A stretch of 64,000 nucleotides of DNA. It comes from Geminicoccales bacterium (lineage in GTDB: Bacteria; Pseudomonadota; Alphaproteobacteria; Geminicoccales; Geminicoccaceae). The notes under the pieces were generated by a model, which was not told the origin of the DNA, did not search any database, and saw only the letters and a program-made list of their open reading frames with translations. The position numbers and the translations under genes are program-made. Position 1 is the stretch's first letter; the number at the start of each line of letters is the position of its first letter. The stretch spans positions 43,677 to 107,676 of the forward strand of contig JBOEHJ010000023.1 of the NCBI GenBank assembly GCA_050633905.1, read 5' to 3'. Below, in pieces: positions 9,230 to 18,558 of this stretch.

Positions 9230-10006
9230 CTATTCAGAAATTGCGTCTGGCTTGTGCCGAATAAACGGTGAGTAAACAGGAGCGTCTTGCAGAAGCCTTT
9301 TCGTTTCATCGAAATCGTTGTCGCGGTTGTGCTGGACGAGAGGTCGTGAAGAGAGCTTCTCTAAGGCTGCCGTCCAGCGATTTGAGTAAGCATCGAGGGT
9401 GCTTAAGCCGCCTTCCCGACCCTCCATAAAGGCGGTGCTGCCAACGCCGTGCAGAATCTCGGGCTGCATCACATCAAAGCCCAAATATCTAAACGGATAG
9501 AGTATCGGCCATAGATGGAGACGGGTGTCGCCCTCTCTGCCGTTATGAGCGCAATTGTCTTCGCTTGCGCCCGTTGTGACACAGGCGATCATTGTCTTGC
9601 CGGAGCAAATACCGGTGTCATAGCGCATCGTGCTTCGATACATGCGACCATAAACGAAAACTCGGTCCATCCAGCCTTTCAAGATCGCGGGAGGTCCGAA
9701 CCACCAAAGTGGAAAGTGGACGACCAATAGATCGCAGTCCAACAACCGCATTGCTTCCGCATCCACATGGGGCGGCGTGGTCCGGTTCTCTGCATTGAAT
9801 CGCTGTTCGGTTTGAGGATGAAAGATCTCGGCGTTTTTGCGGGACTCGTAGTGATGTGCGCCCTCGCGAGGATCAAAGTCCATGGCGTAGAGATCGGACA
9901 GTGTGTGCTGCCGGCCGACGGTTTCGAGCACGCGCTGCGAAATGCCTGCCAAGTGAGCGTTGAAAGACCTTCTCTCCGGGTGGGCTAGAACAATGTGAGC
10001 CTTCAT
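9230..10006 (-). CDS. NAD(P)H dehydrogenase (quinone), flavodoxin-like fold (NQO1/MdaB-like)
   Basis: MKAHIVLAHPERRSFNAHL...DLLVVHFPLWWFGPPAILKGWMDRVF are typical Flavodoxin_2 motifs. A GAGGAGG SD lies before the ATG at 10006. Confidence 0.8.
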   Translation of the reverse strand: MKAHIVLAHPERRSFNAHLAGISQRVLETVGRQHTLSDLYAMDFDPREGAHHYESRKNAEIFHPQTEQRFNAENRTTPPHVDAEAMRLLDCDLLVVHFPLWWFGPPAILKGWMDRVFVYGRMYRSTMRYDTGICSGKTMIACVTTGASEDNCAHNGREGDTRLHLWPILYPFRYLGFDVMQPEILHGVGSTAFMEGREGGLSTLDAYSNRWTAALEKLSSRPLVQHNRDNDFDETKRLLQDAPVYSPFIRHKPDAISE

Positions 10007-10057
10007 ACGGATCCTCCTCGTCATGCCCATAGGGCCTTTGGTGGCACTGTCATGCCA

Positions 10058-11965
10058 CTAGAACAGCGGTGCGAGACTGTCCTTGTTCTTGCTTAGCTGC
10101 AGCCTTGCCACCAGGGGTTCGTGATCACTGCCTACAGTGTCGTCGACGCGGGGAAAGTCGACATTCACATGAACGATGTCGAGCAGGGCACTTTGTTTGA
10201 GACCATCGCTGACGACGACATGATCGAGAACCTGGGAATTGCCCTCGAAGTTGAAGGTGTAGATGTTGTTACGATCCAAGCCTCTATTACTGCCGACCGG
10301 TGGGATCAGATTGGTCAGGGCAGTGTCCTCACCGGGAAGGATGGTCTCCAGATCATTAGTGAACTGGAAGGTGTTGAGGTCACCGAGCACGACAATATTG
10401 GCCCGTTGATCAATTTCCAAAACCAGGTTCGCCAGCTCGTTTAGCGCACCAAGCTGCGCTTCGCGTTCGGCCTCGCCCGCCTGAACGAACGGCTGCGGCC
10501 CGCCATAGACTGGGGTGGAGCCAAAGCGCGAGGTGAGGTGGTTGTTGACCACGATGATCTCATTGCTGCGAAAGCCGAAGACGCCGACAAGCGGATCGCG
10601 GGTGCCCAGGAAGGCGTTGGGATCACTGATGCCGGTGGTCGCCAAGACCTCAGGTGTCAGTGAGACAAAGTTCACGAGACTGACGCGGTCCGGGTTGAAG
10701 AAGAAGGCATTCCGAATATTGCCGCCCGGCACACCGCCTGAAGCACCGTCCGCAGGTGCCACGTCGAAGAATGCGTAATCGGGGCCGCCGGCCGCCACGA
10801 CCTCAGCGCGAAGCGCTTCCAGAGTTTGCGTTGCATCGGTGACACCGTCATCGGTCTCGCCGCTATTGTCCTGGATTTCCTGCAACGCAAGAATATCGGG
10901 CCCCCCCAAGTTATTGGCGATATGCCCCCCGAGCGTGACAAGCTGATTCGCATCCGAGCCGTCGGGGCTGAGATTAAGGACATTGTAGCTTGCAACCGTA
11001 AGCGCGTTGCCGCGACCACGCAGCCGCGTGGTTTCGGTTTTGAGCCTGCCGTCTTGGATCACGATGGGGCCAAGCGCGTTGACCTCAAAATTGCCGAAGC
11101 TGTACCCCATGACACCCGTGATATCGCCGAGACGGTCGCCAACGGTCACGCTTGGAACATCGAACGGGAAGAGGGTGCCATCAAGCTGAATCTGTACCCG
11201 CTCCGGGTTCTGATCGCCGAGATTGTCCGGGTCCGGCTGAAGCAAAATGCCGCCCCTTGTGGTGAGAGCGTTTCTAGGTTCGACCAGTGCGCCGCGGTTT
11301 GGCAATGTGAAAAATTCGCTGCTGAACGCATTGAAGGTTCGGGTTGCGGAAACTGCCTGCGGCGCCTCGACAGTGACCAACATGCCTTCCAAGCTTTCGT
11401 AGAAGTCGATGCCATCCTGATTCGGATCGAAGACGTTGTTCGCGTCATCGGCCGCGTCCTGAAGATTGATCGGTGGGGCAATCTCGTCAGCGCTGATGAC
11501 GTCCCGAGTTGGCGGCACGCGTCCTGATCTGCCGATGGTGACTGGCGCCGGAAGCGGCTGTTCGCTCGAGAGCACCGTGATGGCCGGCAGATCGAGCTGG
11601 GTCGTTGAAAGATTGCCGGTACCGGCACCGCCTGGAATGAATTCGGAGACGACGCCGGTGGCCTCGATCAACTCACCAACCTCAACTGTTGGCGCATCGC
11701 TGGTGAAAACGAAGAGCCCGTCAGCGGTATCAGCATCGCCGTCACCATCGGGATCCTGCATAAAAAAGCCATTGAACCCGACAGCGGTCACAACGCCCTT
11801 GGTCGTCACGTCCTGTCCGACCAGCGGCGAGACATGCCCCTTGCCCTGGATCTCCGGGATCGACTGGCCGAAGGCGGCGCCTGTTGCAATTAGGCTTGCG
11901 AGGCAGGCAGCCGTCGACAAAAGTGCCCGTCGTTTGGTCATTCCTATCAATGAGAGCATCGTCAC
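10058..11965 (-). CDS. Secreted ExeM/NucH-type extracellular nuclease (N-terminal OB-like region plus endonuclease/exonuclease/phosphatase domain)
   Basis: The signal peptide is ...KRRALLSTAACLASLIATGAAFGQ, followed by IPEIQGKGHVSPLVGQDVTTKGVVTAV...GFFMQDPDGDGDADTADGLFVF. The C-terminal EEP domain shows LTVASYNVLNLSP...GSDHEPLVARLQL. The start could be any of three in-frame Met codons. Confidence 0.75.
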   Translation of the reverse strand: MTMLSLIGMTKRRALLSTAACLASLIATGAAFGQSIPEIQGKGHVSPLVGQDVTTKGVVTAVGFNGFFMQDPDGDGDADTADGLFVFTSDAPTVEVGELIEATGVVSEFIPGGAGTGNLSTTQLDLPAITVLSSEQPLPAPVTIGRSGRVPPTRDVISADEIAPPINLQDAADDANNVFDPNQDGIDFYESLEGMLVTVEAPQAVSATRTFNAFSSEFFTLPNRGALVEPRNALTTRGGILLQPDPDNLGDQNPERVQIQLDGTLFPFDVPSVTVGDRLGDITGVMGYSFGNFEVNALGPIVIQDGRLKTETTRLRGRGNALTVASYNVLNLSPDGSDANQLVTLGGHIANNLGGPDILALQEIQDNSGETDDGVTDATQTLEALRAEVVAAGGPDYAFFDVAPADGASGGVPGGNIRNAFFFNPDRVSLVNFVSLTPEVLATTGISDPNAFLGTRDPLVGVFGFRSNEIIVVNNHLTSRFGSTPVYGGPQPFVQAGEAEREAQLGALNELANLVLEIDQRANIVVLGDLNTFQFTNDLETILPGEDTALTNLIPPVGSNRGLDRNNIYTFNFEGNSQVLDHVVVSDGLKQSALLDIVHVNVDFPRVDDTVGSDHEPLVARLQLSKNKDSLAPLF

Positions 11966-12164
11966 ATCCTTTCGGCAATGCCGCTTATTATCTGCTCAAT
12001 AAGAGTCTAATTTGAGCTGGAAACGTGCCGCTTTTATGAAAAGCACGGTATTGTACTGTTGATCGCGCAAGAAACCCTGTCGGGCGCATTTCCTGCATCA
12101 ATTGACATGATATCCATGGATCAAAAAATCCAATGATCGCGGATAATCGCTGCTTGGATAATGG

Positions 12165-14582
12165 CTACTTCTGAGCTGCTGCTTGGATCGGCCGCCAACG
12201 CTTCAGCAACAAGGAATTGGTCACGACGCTGACGCTGCTCAGTGCCATCGCCAAACCGGCCAGAGCAGGGCTTAGATAGCCAAGCGTTGCGAGCGGAATA
12301 CCGACGGCATTGTAAAAAAATGCCCAGAACAGATTTTGGCGAATTTTTTGCCAGGTCGCTCGCGCGATCTCCAGGGCTGCCGGCACGAGCATCAGATCTG
12401 GCCTTAGAAGCGTGATACCGGCCGTTTCCAGCGCCACATCGGCGCCGCTGCCCATGGCAAGCCCGACATCCGCCGCCGCGAGCGCCGGCGCATCGTTGAT
12501 GCCATCACCGACCATGGCAACCATCTGCCTATCCTCTTGAAGTCGCCGCAATTGCTCTACCTTGTCCCTAGGTGTGAGCCCCGCTCGTGCATCTGCAATG
12601 CCAAGATCGTCGGCAAGTCTGTTTACGACATTCTCTTGATCGCCGCTCAGCAGCCAGGTCGACATATCATTCGCGGCGAGAGTACTTATCGCCAAAGCCG
12701 CCTCTGGGCGTGCCTTGTCGATCAGTGCTATAAGGCCGATCAGCTGTTTCTCCCACGCAATCCAAACGACGCTGCCGCCTTTCCTGGCAATATCGACAGC
12801 GGCTTTCTCACCTGGGCCGATATCGACGCCCTGTCCGATTAACAGATCCGGACGCCCAATGGTCACCTCAGTCCCATCCAAGACCGCCTTGATCCCCTGC
12901 CCGATCACGGCTTCACTGCTGTCCGGTGCTTGCAGTCCAAGGTCTCTCTCCTGCGCAGCGCGTACCATCGCTCGACCAAGCGGATGCTCGCTGCCAAGCT
13001 GAGCTGATGCGGCAAGCGTCAACAACGCCTCTTCGGTCCCATCCAGGGCGTGCAAGGTCTGCACATCCGGTTGTCCTGCCGTCAGCGTACCCGTCTTGTC
13101 GAAGGCGACAACGGTGACAGCATGCGCGCGCTCCAGAGTTTCGATGTCTCGGATCAGAATGCCTGAACGGGCCGCAGCGCCGGTGCCGACCACAAGTGCG
13201 GTCGGCGTTGCAAGACCGAGCGCGCAGGGACAGGCGATCACCAGGACCGAGACAGCCGCCGTGAGAGCCTGCTCAAAACCGCCGCCGATCCCAATCCAGA
13301 CGAAGAAGGTGACGGTCGCAATCGCGAGCACCGCCGGCACGAAAACAGCAGCAACCCGATCGACCAGACGCTGGATCTGCGCCTTACCGCTTTGGGCGTG
13401 GTTGACCAGGTCTGCAATCCTCGAAAGCGTGGTGTCGGCGCCGATACGTGTTGCACGGATACGGAGCAGCCCAAGACCATTCAGCGACCCGGCAATGACC
13501 GCATCCCCGATGTTTCGCGCTACTGGCATGCTTTCCCCGGTTACCAACTGCTCGTCGATCTCACTCACCCCTTGAACGATCTCACCGTCCACGGGCAGCT
13601 GCTCGCCGGGACGAACAATCAGAAGATCGCCAATCCCAACCTCGCCGATCGGCAGCTCAACCTCCTGGCCCGCACGCAGCAGCCGGGCGGTCTGTGGACG
13701 GAGTGCCATCAGCTGCCGAATGGCGGTACTGGCCGAGCGTTTTGCGCGCGATTCGAGGACCTTTCCGGCGAGAACCAACGTGATGATCACGGCGGACGCC
13801 TCGAAGTAGAGTTGCCCAGATGCGGTTGGCCCTTCGGTCACCATCAGAGAGACGCTGTAAAAGTAGGCCGCACTGGTTCCCATCGCGACAAGCAGGTCCA
13901 TATTTCCGGTCCCGGCGCGAAGTGCTTTCCAGGCCGCTACATAGAACCGCCAACCGATGACGAACTGAACGGGTGTCGCCAGCATCAATTCCAGCCAAGC
14001 CGGCAAATGACCGAACCAGCCGGTCGCCATCCCGATCATCTGTGTGACCAGCGGAATGGTAAGGCAGGTGGCGATCAGAAGCAGCCAGAGATCTCGCCGA
14101 TCAGCCCCGTTCGCATCCAGCGATGTAGCGCTCGCTTCGTTGCCTGCAACAGCGGCACTGAAGCCAGCATCATCGACGGATCTTAGCAGTGCTCGTTCAT
14201 TCAGCCCCTCGGCTACCGCGCGTACCGATGCCCGCGCCGTTGCGAGATTGACCGAGGCGTCGATGACGCCCCGCACACCGCTCAAGGCCCGCTCGACCCG
14301 GCCGGCACAACTCGCACAGGTCATCCCGGTGATCTGCAGATCGATCTGGTGTTCCCGAACCCCGAAGCCAGCGTCCTTCACTGCGTTGATCAGAGACGTC
14401 AGGGCATCCTCGCTTGCCTCGATCTCAGCCCGATCGAGCGCAAGATTAACCGACACTGAGGATACGCCGGGCACGGCACGAAGGGCTTGCTCAACCCGGC
14501 CGACACAGCTCGCGCAGGTCATGCCGGTAATCGTCAGGAAGGTCAGGGTCGATCGGTCCAAAGCCGAAGGGTGTGCCGTCAT
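12165..14582 (-). CDS. copA: Copper-translocating P1B-type ATPase with two N-terminal HMA domains
   Basis: Two GMTCASC(V/A)GRVE metal-binding domains, the CPC motif (IACPCALGLATP), the DKTGTLT phosphorylation site, and the GDGINDAP hinge. Confidence 0.95.
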   Translation of the reverse strand: MTAHPSALDRSTLTFLTITGMTCASCVGRVEQALRAVPGVSSVSVNLALDRAEIEASEDALTSLINAVKDAGFGVREHQIDLQITGMTCASCAGRVERALSGVRGVIDASVNLATARASVRAVAEGLNERALLRSVDDAGFSAAVAGNEASATSLDANGADRRDLWLLLIATCLTIPLVTQMIGMATGWFGHLPAWLELMLATPVQFVIGWRFYVAAWKALRAGTGNMDLLVAMGTSAAYFYSVSLMVTEGPTASGQLYFEASAVIITLVLAGKVLESRAKRSASTAIRQLMALRPQTARLLRAGQEVELPIGEVGIGDLLIVRPGEQLPVDGEIVQGVSEIDEQLVTGESMPVARNIGDAVIAGSLNGLGLLRIRATRIGADTTLSRIADLVNHAQSGKAQIQRLVDRVAAVFVPAVLAIATVTFFVWIGIGGGFEQALTAAVSVLVIACPCALGLATPTALVVGTGAAARSGILIRDIETLERAHAVTVVAFDKTGTLTAGQPDVQTLHALDGTEEALLTLAASAQLGSEHPLGRAMVRAAQERDLGLQAPDSSEAVIGQGIKAVLDGTEVTIGRPDLLIGQGVDIGPGEKAAVDIARKGGSVVWIAWEKQLIGLIALIDKARPEAALAISTLAANDMSTWLLSGDQENVVNRLADDLGIADARAGLTPRDKVEQLRRLQEDRQMVAMVGDGINDAPALAAADVGLAMGSGADVALETAGITLLRPDLMLVPAALEIARATWQKIRQNLFWAFFYNAVGIPLATLGYLSPALAGLAMALSSVSVVTNSLLLKRWRPIQAAAQK

Positions 14583-14615
14583 GGTTCCTCGAGATCAATT
14601 GAGAACTGGACCATG

Positions 14616-14640
14616 GACCTTCCAGTGAGTGGAAGGTCAA
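14616..14640 (-). promoter_or_regulatory. MerR/CueR-type operator-promoter upstream of copA
   Basis: Perfect inverted repeat GACCTTCCA-gtgag-TGGAAGGTC (14616-14638). On the copA strand it reads cTTGACCttccactcactggaaggtcCATGGT, that is a TTGACC -35 inside the dyad and a long (about 19 nt) spacer, as in CueR/HmrR-controlled copA/actP promoters. Confidence 0.7.
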
Positions 14641-14781
14641 GCATTGAAGGGTCATGGTAATCCCTCAGCAAAACAACCGCATTGACGCCTTGAGAAAGAG
14701 GTGTCTAGGGTTCAAGGAACGATGTCATCCCAAGGGCAATTGCGCCTTGGTCTCCGATGCCGGTGGAAAGGTGATGCCATC

Positions 14782-16329
14782 ATGATCGACAGGCCGAGAA
14801 CGCGAGGGCGAGCCAGCCGTGGCCGTAGGCGAGACCGTTCGGAAACGCCCAAACGCAACGTCGATTATCATAACCTGGCGAACCCCTTCCCGCCCGTGCC
14901 GGTCTTCTCGGAGGATCGGGTCGAGGCGATGCACCAGACAGCGCTTCGAACCCTGGAAGAGCTGGGCATGAAGGTTCTACATCCGGAAGCCCGGCAGTTG
15001 TTCAAGGCAGCGGGTGCCATCGTCGATGATGAGACCGAGATGGTGCGCATCGATCGGGAGATCATCGAAGCTGCTCTTACAACCGCGCCTAGACAGATCT
15101 TGCTGAAGGCAGGTGCCGAGCACCGGAACCTCGTTCTCGCCATGGGCAAGCTGACCATCCAGGCCGGTGCCGGCTGCCCCCATGCGACGGATCGAGAGCG
15201 CGGGCGCCGCCCGGGGACACTGGCTGATTTCGACGAGCTTGTAAGCCTGGCCCAGGATTTCGATGTCCTGCATATGATCGGACCGGCCGTCGAGCCCCAA
15301 GATATCGATCCCGCATTTCGGCATTACGCCATGATGCGCAGCGTCCTCGCCCGCTCCGACAAGGTGCCGTTCATCTTTGCCCGCGGACAAGCTCAAGTAG
15401 CGGATGCGTTCGAGATGCTCCGCATCGCGCGCAACCTCTCCGAAGAGGCCTTCGCGGCAACACCCTCTTGCTACACGATCATCAACACGAATTCGCCAAG
15501 GCAGCTCGATATCCCCATGGCCGAAGGGTTGATCGACTTTGCCCGTGCCGGACAGCTTTCCGTAGTGACGCCGTTTTGCCTGATGGGCGCCATGGCACCG
15601 GTCTCGATCGCGGGCGCTTTGGTGCTGAGCCATGCAGAGGCAGTTGCCGCGATTGCCTTGACGCAGCTCGCCAAAGCGGGCGCACCGGTTTGCTATGGTG
15701 CCTTCGCCTCGAATGTCGATATGAAATCCGGCGCCCCCGCCTTCGGCACGCCAGAACAGGTGAAAGCCAATCTCGGTGCCGGGCAGCTCGCGCGAAAGCT
15801 CGGCCTGCCCTGGCGTTCATCAGCGGGTTGTGCGGCCAATGTCAATGACGCCCAGGCCGCCCACGAAACCCAGATGTCGGCCTGGTCCGCCATTCTGGCC
15901 GGCTGCACCATTCTCGTGCATGGAGCAGGCTGGATCGAGGGCGGCCTGACGCTTTCTTATGAGAAGCTGATCACAGATCTCGAAGCGATGCAGGTCTTTG
16001 CCGAACTCTGCGCGCCAACGCCATCTGACGACGCCGATCTGGCCTTCGAGGCCCTTGTTGAAATTGCACCTGGCGGCCATTTCTTCGGTGCCGCCCATAC
16101 CATGGAACGCTATCAGACCGCCTTTTATCAGCCCCTTGTCGCGGATTGGTCGAACTTTGGGACCTGGACCGAACGCGGCGCCAAGGACGCCTCGATGCGT
16201 GCGACCGAGATCTGGAACGAACGCTTGAAAACCACCCCTGCCCCCTTCATCGCGGAAGACCGGCTTTCTGATCTCGATGCTTTCATCGACCAGCGAACCA
16301 GAAATGGCGGCGCACCACCTATCAGCTAG
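14782..16329 (+). CDS. MttB-superfamily (trimethylamine methyltransferase-like) protein, non-pyrrolysine type
   Basis: NVDYHNLANPFPPVPVFSEDRVEAMHQTALRTLEELGMKVLHPEARQLFKAAGAIVDDETEMVRIDREIIEAAL and the rest of the roughly 515-aa body match the MttB/MtgB fold family. There is no in-frame TAG. The start is set at ATG 14782 because the ORF track start at 14701 adds an odd leader. Confidence 0.8.
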   Translation: MIDRPRTRGRASRGRRRDRSETPKRNVDYHNLANPFPPVPVFSEDRVEAMHQTALRTLEELGMKVLHPEARQLFKAAGAIVDDETEMVRIDREIIEAALTTAPRQILLKAGAEHRNLVLAMGKLTIQAGAGCPHATDRERGRRPGTLADFDELVSLAQDFDVLHMIGPAVEPQDIDPAFRHYAMMRSVLARSDKVPFIFARGQAQVADAFEMLRIARNLSEEAFAATPSCYTIINTNSPRQLDIPMAEGLIDFARAGQLSVVTPFCLMGAMAPVSIAGALVLSHAEAVAAIALTQLAKAGAPVCYGAFASNVDMKSGAPAFGTPEQVKANLGAGQLARKLGLPWRSSAGCAANVNDAQAAHETQMSAWSAILAGCTILVHGAGWIEGGLTLSYEKLITDLEAMQVFAELCAPTPSDDADLAFEALVEIAPGGHFFGAAHTMERYQTAFYQPLVADWSNFGTWTERGAKDASMRATEIWNERLKTTPAPFIAEDRLSDLDAFIDQRTRNGGAPPIS

Positions 16330-16414
16330 CGGCGTGGCCACATCATTTAGTTTCGCAAGATATCGCCAGGATCGATGGTATACCGCCAAGTTTTCGAGGA
16401 CGATGGTGGGTGCT
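16330..16414 (+). repeat. REP/RIME-like palindromic intergenic element, copy R1
   Basis: cGGCGTGGCCACATCATttag...GATCGATGGTATACCGCCAAGTTTTCGAGGACGATGGTGGGTGC lies directly after the mttB-like stop. Confidence 0.75.
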
Positions 16415-16486
16415 AGTTGTTGGAAGTATTTCTCTCGATCGTTTTTCGGCTCAATGACGTGAACGCATGCCAGGAAGGAATGACAG

Positions 16487-17794
16487 ATGGCTCGGACACA
16501 TGATGTGATCATCATCGGTGCAGGCGTGATCGGTGCTGCGACGGCTTACGAACTTTCCAAGCTCGGGTTCAAAACCTTGAGCGTCGACCGCAACAAGCAG
16601 GCCGGCCATGGGTCGACATCTGGGTCCTGCGCCGTCATCCGCATGCATTACTCGACATTCGACGGCACCGCCTTTGCCTATGAGGGCTATCACTACTGGC
16701 GTGACTGGGCCGATTACCTGGAAGCACCCGCCAAGGAAGCACTCGCTCCCTATCGCGAGATCGGCTGTCTCGTGATGAAGTCCGAAGCAAACAACTATCT
16801 CGAAAAGCATCTCGTTCATTCCGCCAGCCTGAATTGTCCAGTCGAGGAATGGGATGCGGATCAGATCAGGCAACGCCTGCCGATCTACGACCTACGCAAA
16901 TTCGGCCCGGCGAAAGCACCCAGTGAAGCCGGGTTCGGTGAACCCACCGGTGGCGAGATCGAAGGCGGCGGTTTTTGGCCGAATGCCGGCTATGTGACCG
17001 ACCCTGCTCTCTCTGCGCAAAACATGGTCGATGCCGCCAAGCGCAAGGGAGCTGAATTCGAGTTGGGCACCGAGGTGGTTGAGATCTTGAACGAAGGTGG
17101 TCGTGTTTCAGGTGTCAGGCTTGCGAACGGCGGGGTGCTGCAGGCACCTGTGTTGGTCAATGTTGGTGGTCCGGCCTCGGCCAAACTCAACCAGATGGCC
17201 GGTGTGACCGGCGACATGACCATCGAAACAAGGCCGCTTCGCCAGGAGGTCGTCCATGTTCCTGCCCCCAACGGCTTCGATTTCGAGAACGACGGGCTGA
17301 TCGTTTCCGATAGCGATATTGCCTGCTACTGCCGCCCGGAGCACGGCAACAACATCCTGATCGGCTCCGAAGACCCAGCCTGCGATCCTCATATCTGGGT
17401 CAATGACGATCGCGACTATGATCGCGAATTCACCGAGCAATGGAAGGTTCAGGCCATGCGTTACGGCCAGCGCGTGCCGACGCTCGGTATCCCGAGCCGG
17501 ATGCGCGGGGTTGTCGATCTCTATGACGTGTCGACTGACTGGATTCCGATTTACGACAAATCGTCGTTGCCAGGCTTCTACATGGCCTGCGGCACCAGCG
17601 GCAATCAATATAAGAACGCACCAATCGCAGGAAAGCTGATGGCGGCACTGATCGCCTATGGTGAAGCAGGCAACGACCACGACACAGCACCGCTTGTCTT
17701 CGAACTCCCTTATCTAAAGCGCTCTGTGGATGCCGGCTTCTATTCGCGCAAGCGCGAGATCAATCGGGAAAGCAGCTTTTCCGTCCTGGGTTAG
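16487..17794 (+). CDS. FAD-dependent oxidoreductase (DAO / sarcosine-oxidase-beta-like)
   Basis: N-terminal dinucleotide fold HDVIIIGAGVIGAATAYELSKLG...D, a 435-aa DAO-type length, and the C-terminal motif GTSGNQYKNAPIAG. Confidence 0.8.
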   Translation: MARTHDVIIIGAGVIGAATAYELSKLGFKTLSVDRNKQAGHGSTSGSCAVIRMHYSTFDGTAFAYEGYHYWRDWADYLEAPAKEALAPYREIGCLVMKSEANNYLEKHLVHSASLNCPVEEWDADQIRQRLPIYDLRKFGPAKAPSEAGFGEPTGGEIEGGGFWPNAGYVTDPALSAQNMVDAAKRKGAEFELGTEVVEILNEGGRVSGVRLANGGVLQAPVLVNVGGPASAKLNQMAGVTGDMTIETRPLRQEVVHVPAPNGFDFENDGLIVSDSDIACYCRPEHGNNILIGSEDPACDPHIWVNDDRDYDREFTEQWKVQAMRYGQRVPTLGIPSRMRGVVDLYDVSTDWIPIYDKSSLPGFYMACGTSGNQYKNAPIAGKLMAALIAYGEAGNDHDTAPLVFELPYLKRSVDAGFYSRKREINRESSFSVLG

Positions 17795-17937
17795 TCCTTT
17801 AGCGACTTACTTCTTCCATTCGAGCGCCGGCGGCAATTTGTCATAGGCAGGACCGATACATCAGTTATCATGGGCGCGGTTCTCGCGATATGTATCGACG
17901 ATTTTTCGACCGCGTTGATTTGATCGAGGTGAGGGAC

Positions 17938-18558
17938 ATGACACTCAGGGAAGACATCCGCGAGGTTAGCATCGGCATGAAAACGCCGGAGCTGCTGCGC
18001 TTCTTGATCGAGGAGAAGTTTCCAGGCAAGACGGTCGTGACGGCATCCTTGATGGCCTCCAGTACCGTCGTTTTAAAAATGGTCGCGGACATCAATCCGT
18101 CGACCCCCGTCATCTTTTGTCAGAGACCGCCGTTCTTCGAGGAGAGTACGGAATATCGTGCCAAGATCGTCGAGCACTTGGGATTGGACAACATCTCCTT
18201 GAACCACGGCCATGAGACGAACATCAGGCCGGACGATAAAGACCATTGTGAACGCATGTGGGCCCAATATCGCGATATGCCGGGTCGCTCATACCAACTC
18301 TTGCATCTGAACGATTGTCTTGCCCCCTTCGATTGCTGGATAAGCGCCGTCTATCACATCGCGCGTCCACAAGGCGTGCGTAACCGCGTCGACGTCGAAG
18401 GGCGGCTGATCAAAATCGATCCTTTGATCCGCTGGTCCAAACCCGATGTTCGCGACTTCATGCGCACGCATCGTCTGCCCTATCACAAGATGGCTAAGCG
18501 TCAGTATCGATACGATAAAACCGACGACGAGGCCGTGCACCCCACCTATCATTTCTGA
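17938..18558 (+). CDS. PAPS-reductase-family (PP-loop ATPase fold) protein lacking the catalytic C-terminal cysteine motif
   Basis: KTVVTASLMASSTVVLKMVADINPSTPVIFCQ...FDCWISAVYHIARPQGVRNRVDVEGRLIKIDPLIRWSKPDVRDFMRTHRLPYH parallels the CysH/PAPS_reduct core. The ORF ends ...DEAVHPTYHF with no ECGLH or CC..CxxC motif. The start is ATG 17938 behind GAGGTGAGGG. Confidence 0.65.
   Translation: MTLREDIREVSIGMKTPELLRFLIEEKFPGKTVVTASLMASSTVVLKMVADINPSTPVIFCQRPPFFEESTEYRAKIVEHLGLDNISLNHGHETNIRPDDKDHCERMWAQYRDMPGRSYQLLHLNDCLAPFDCWISAVYHIARPQGVRNRVDVEGRLIKIDPLIRWSKPDVRDFMRTHRLPYHKMAKRQYRYDKTDDEAVHPTYHF

Noticed and set aside
14641-14781. A possible cobalamin or other riboswitch in the leader of the MttB-family gene, since MttB systems are corrinoid-linked.
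   Set aside because: I found no B12-box-like sequence or the conserved GGTG...AATCC / GCCACTG elements by eye. An Rfam scan would be the proper test.
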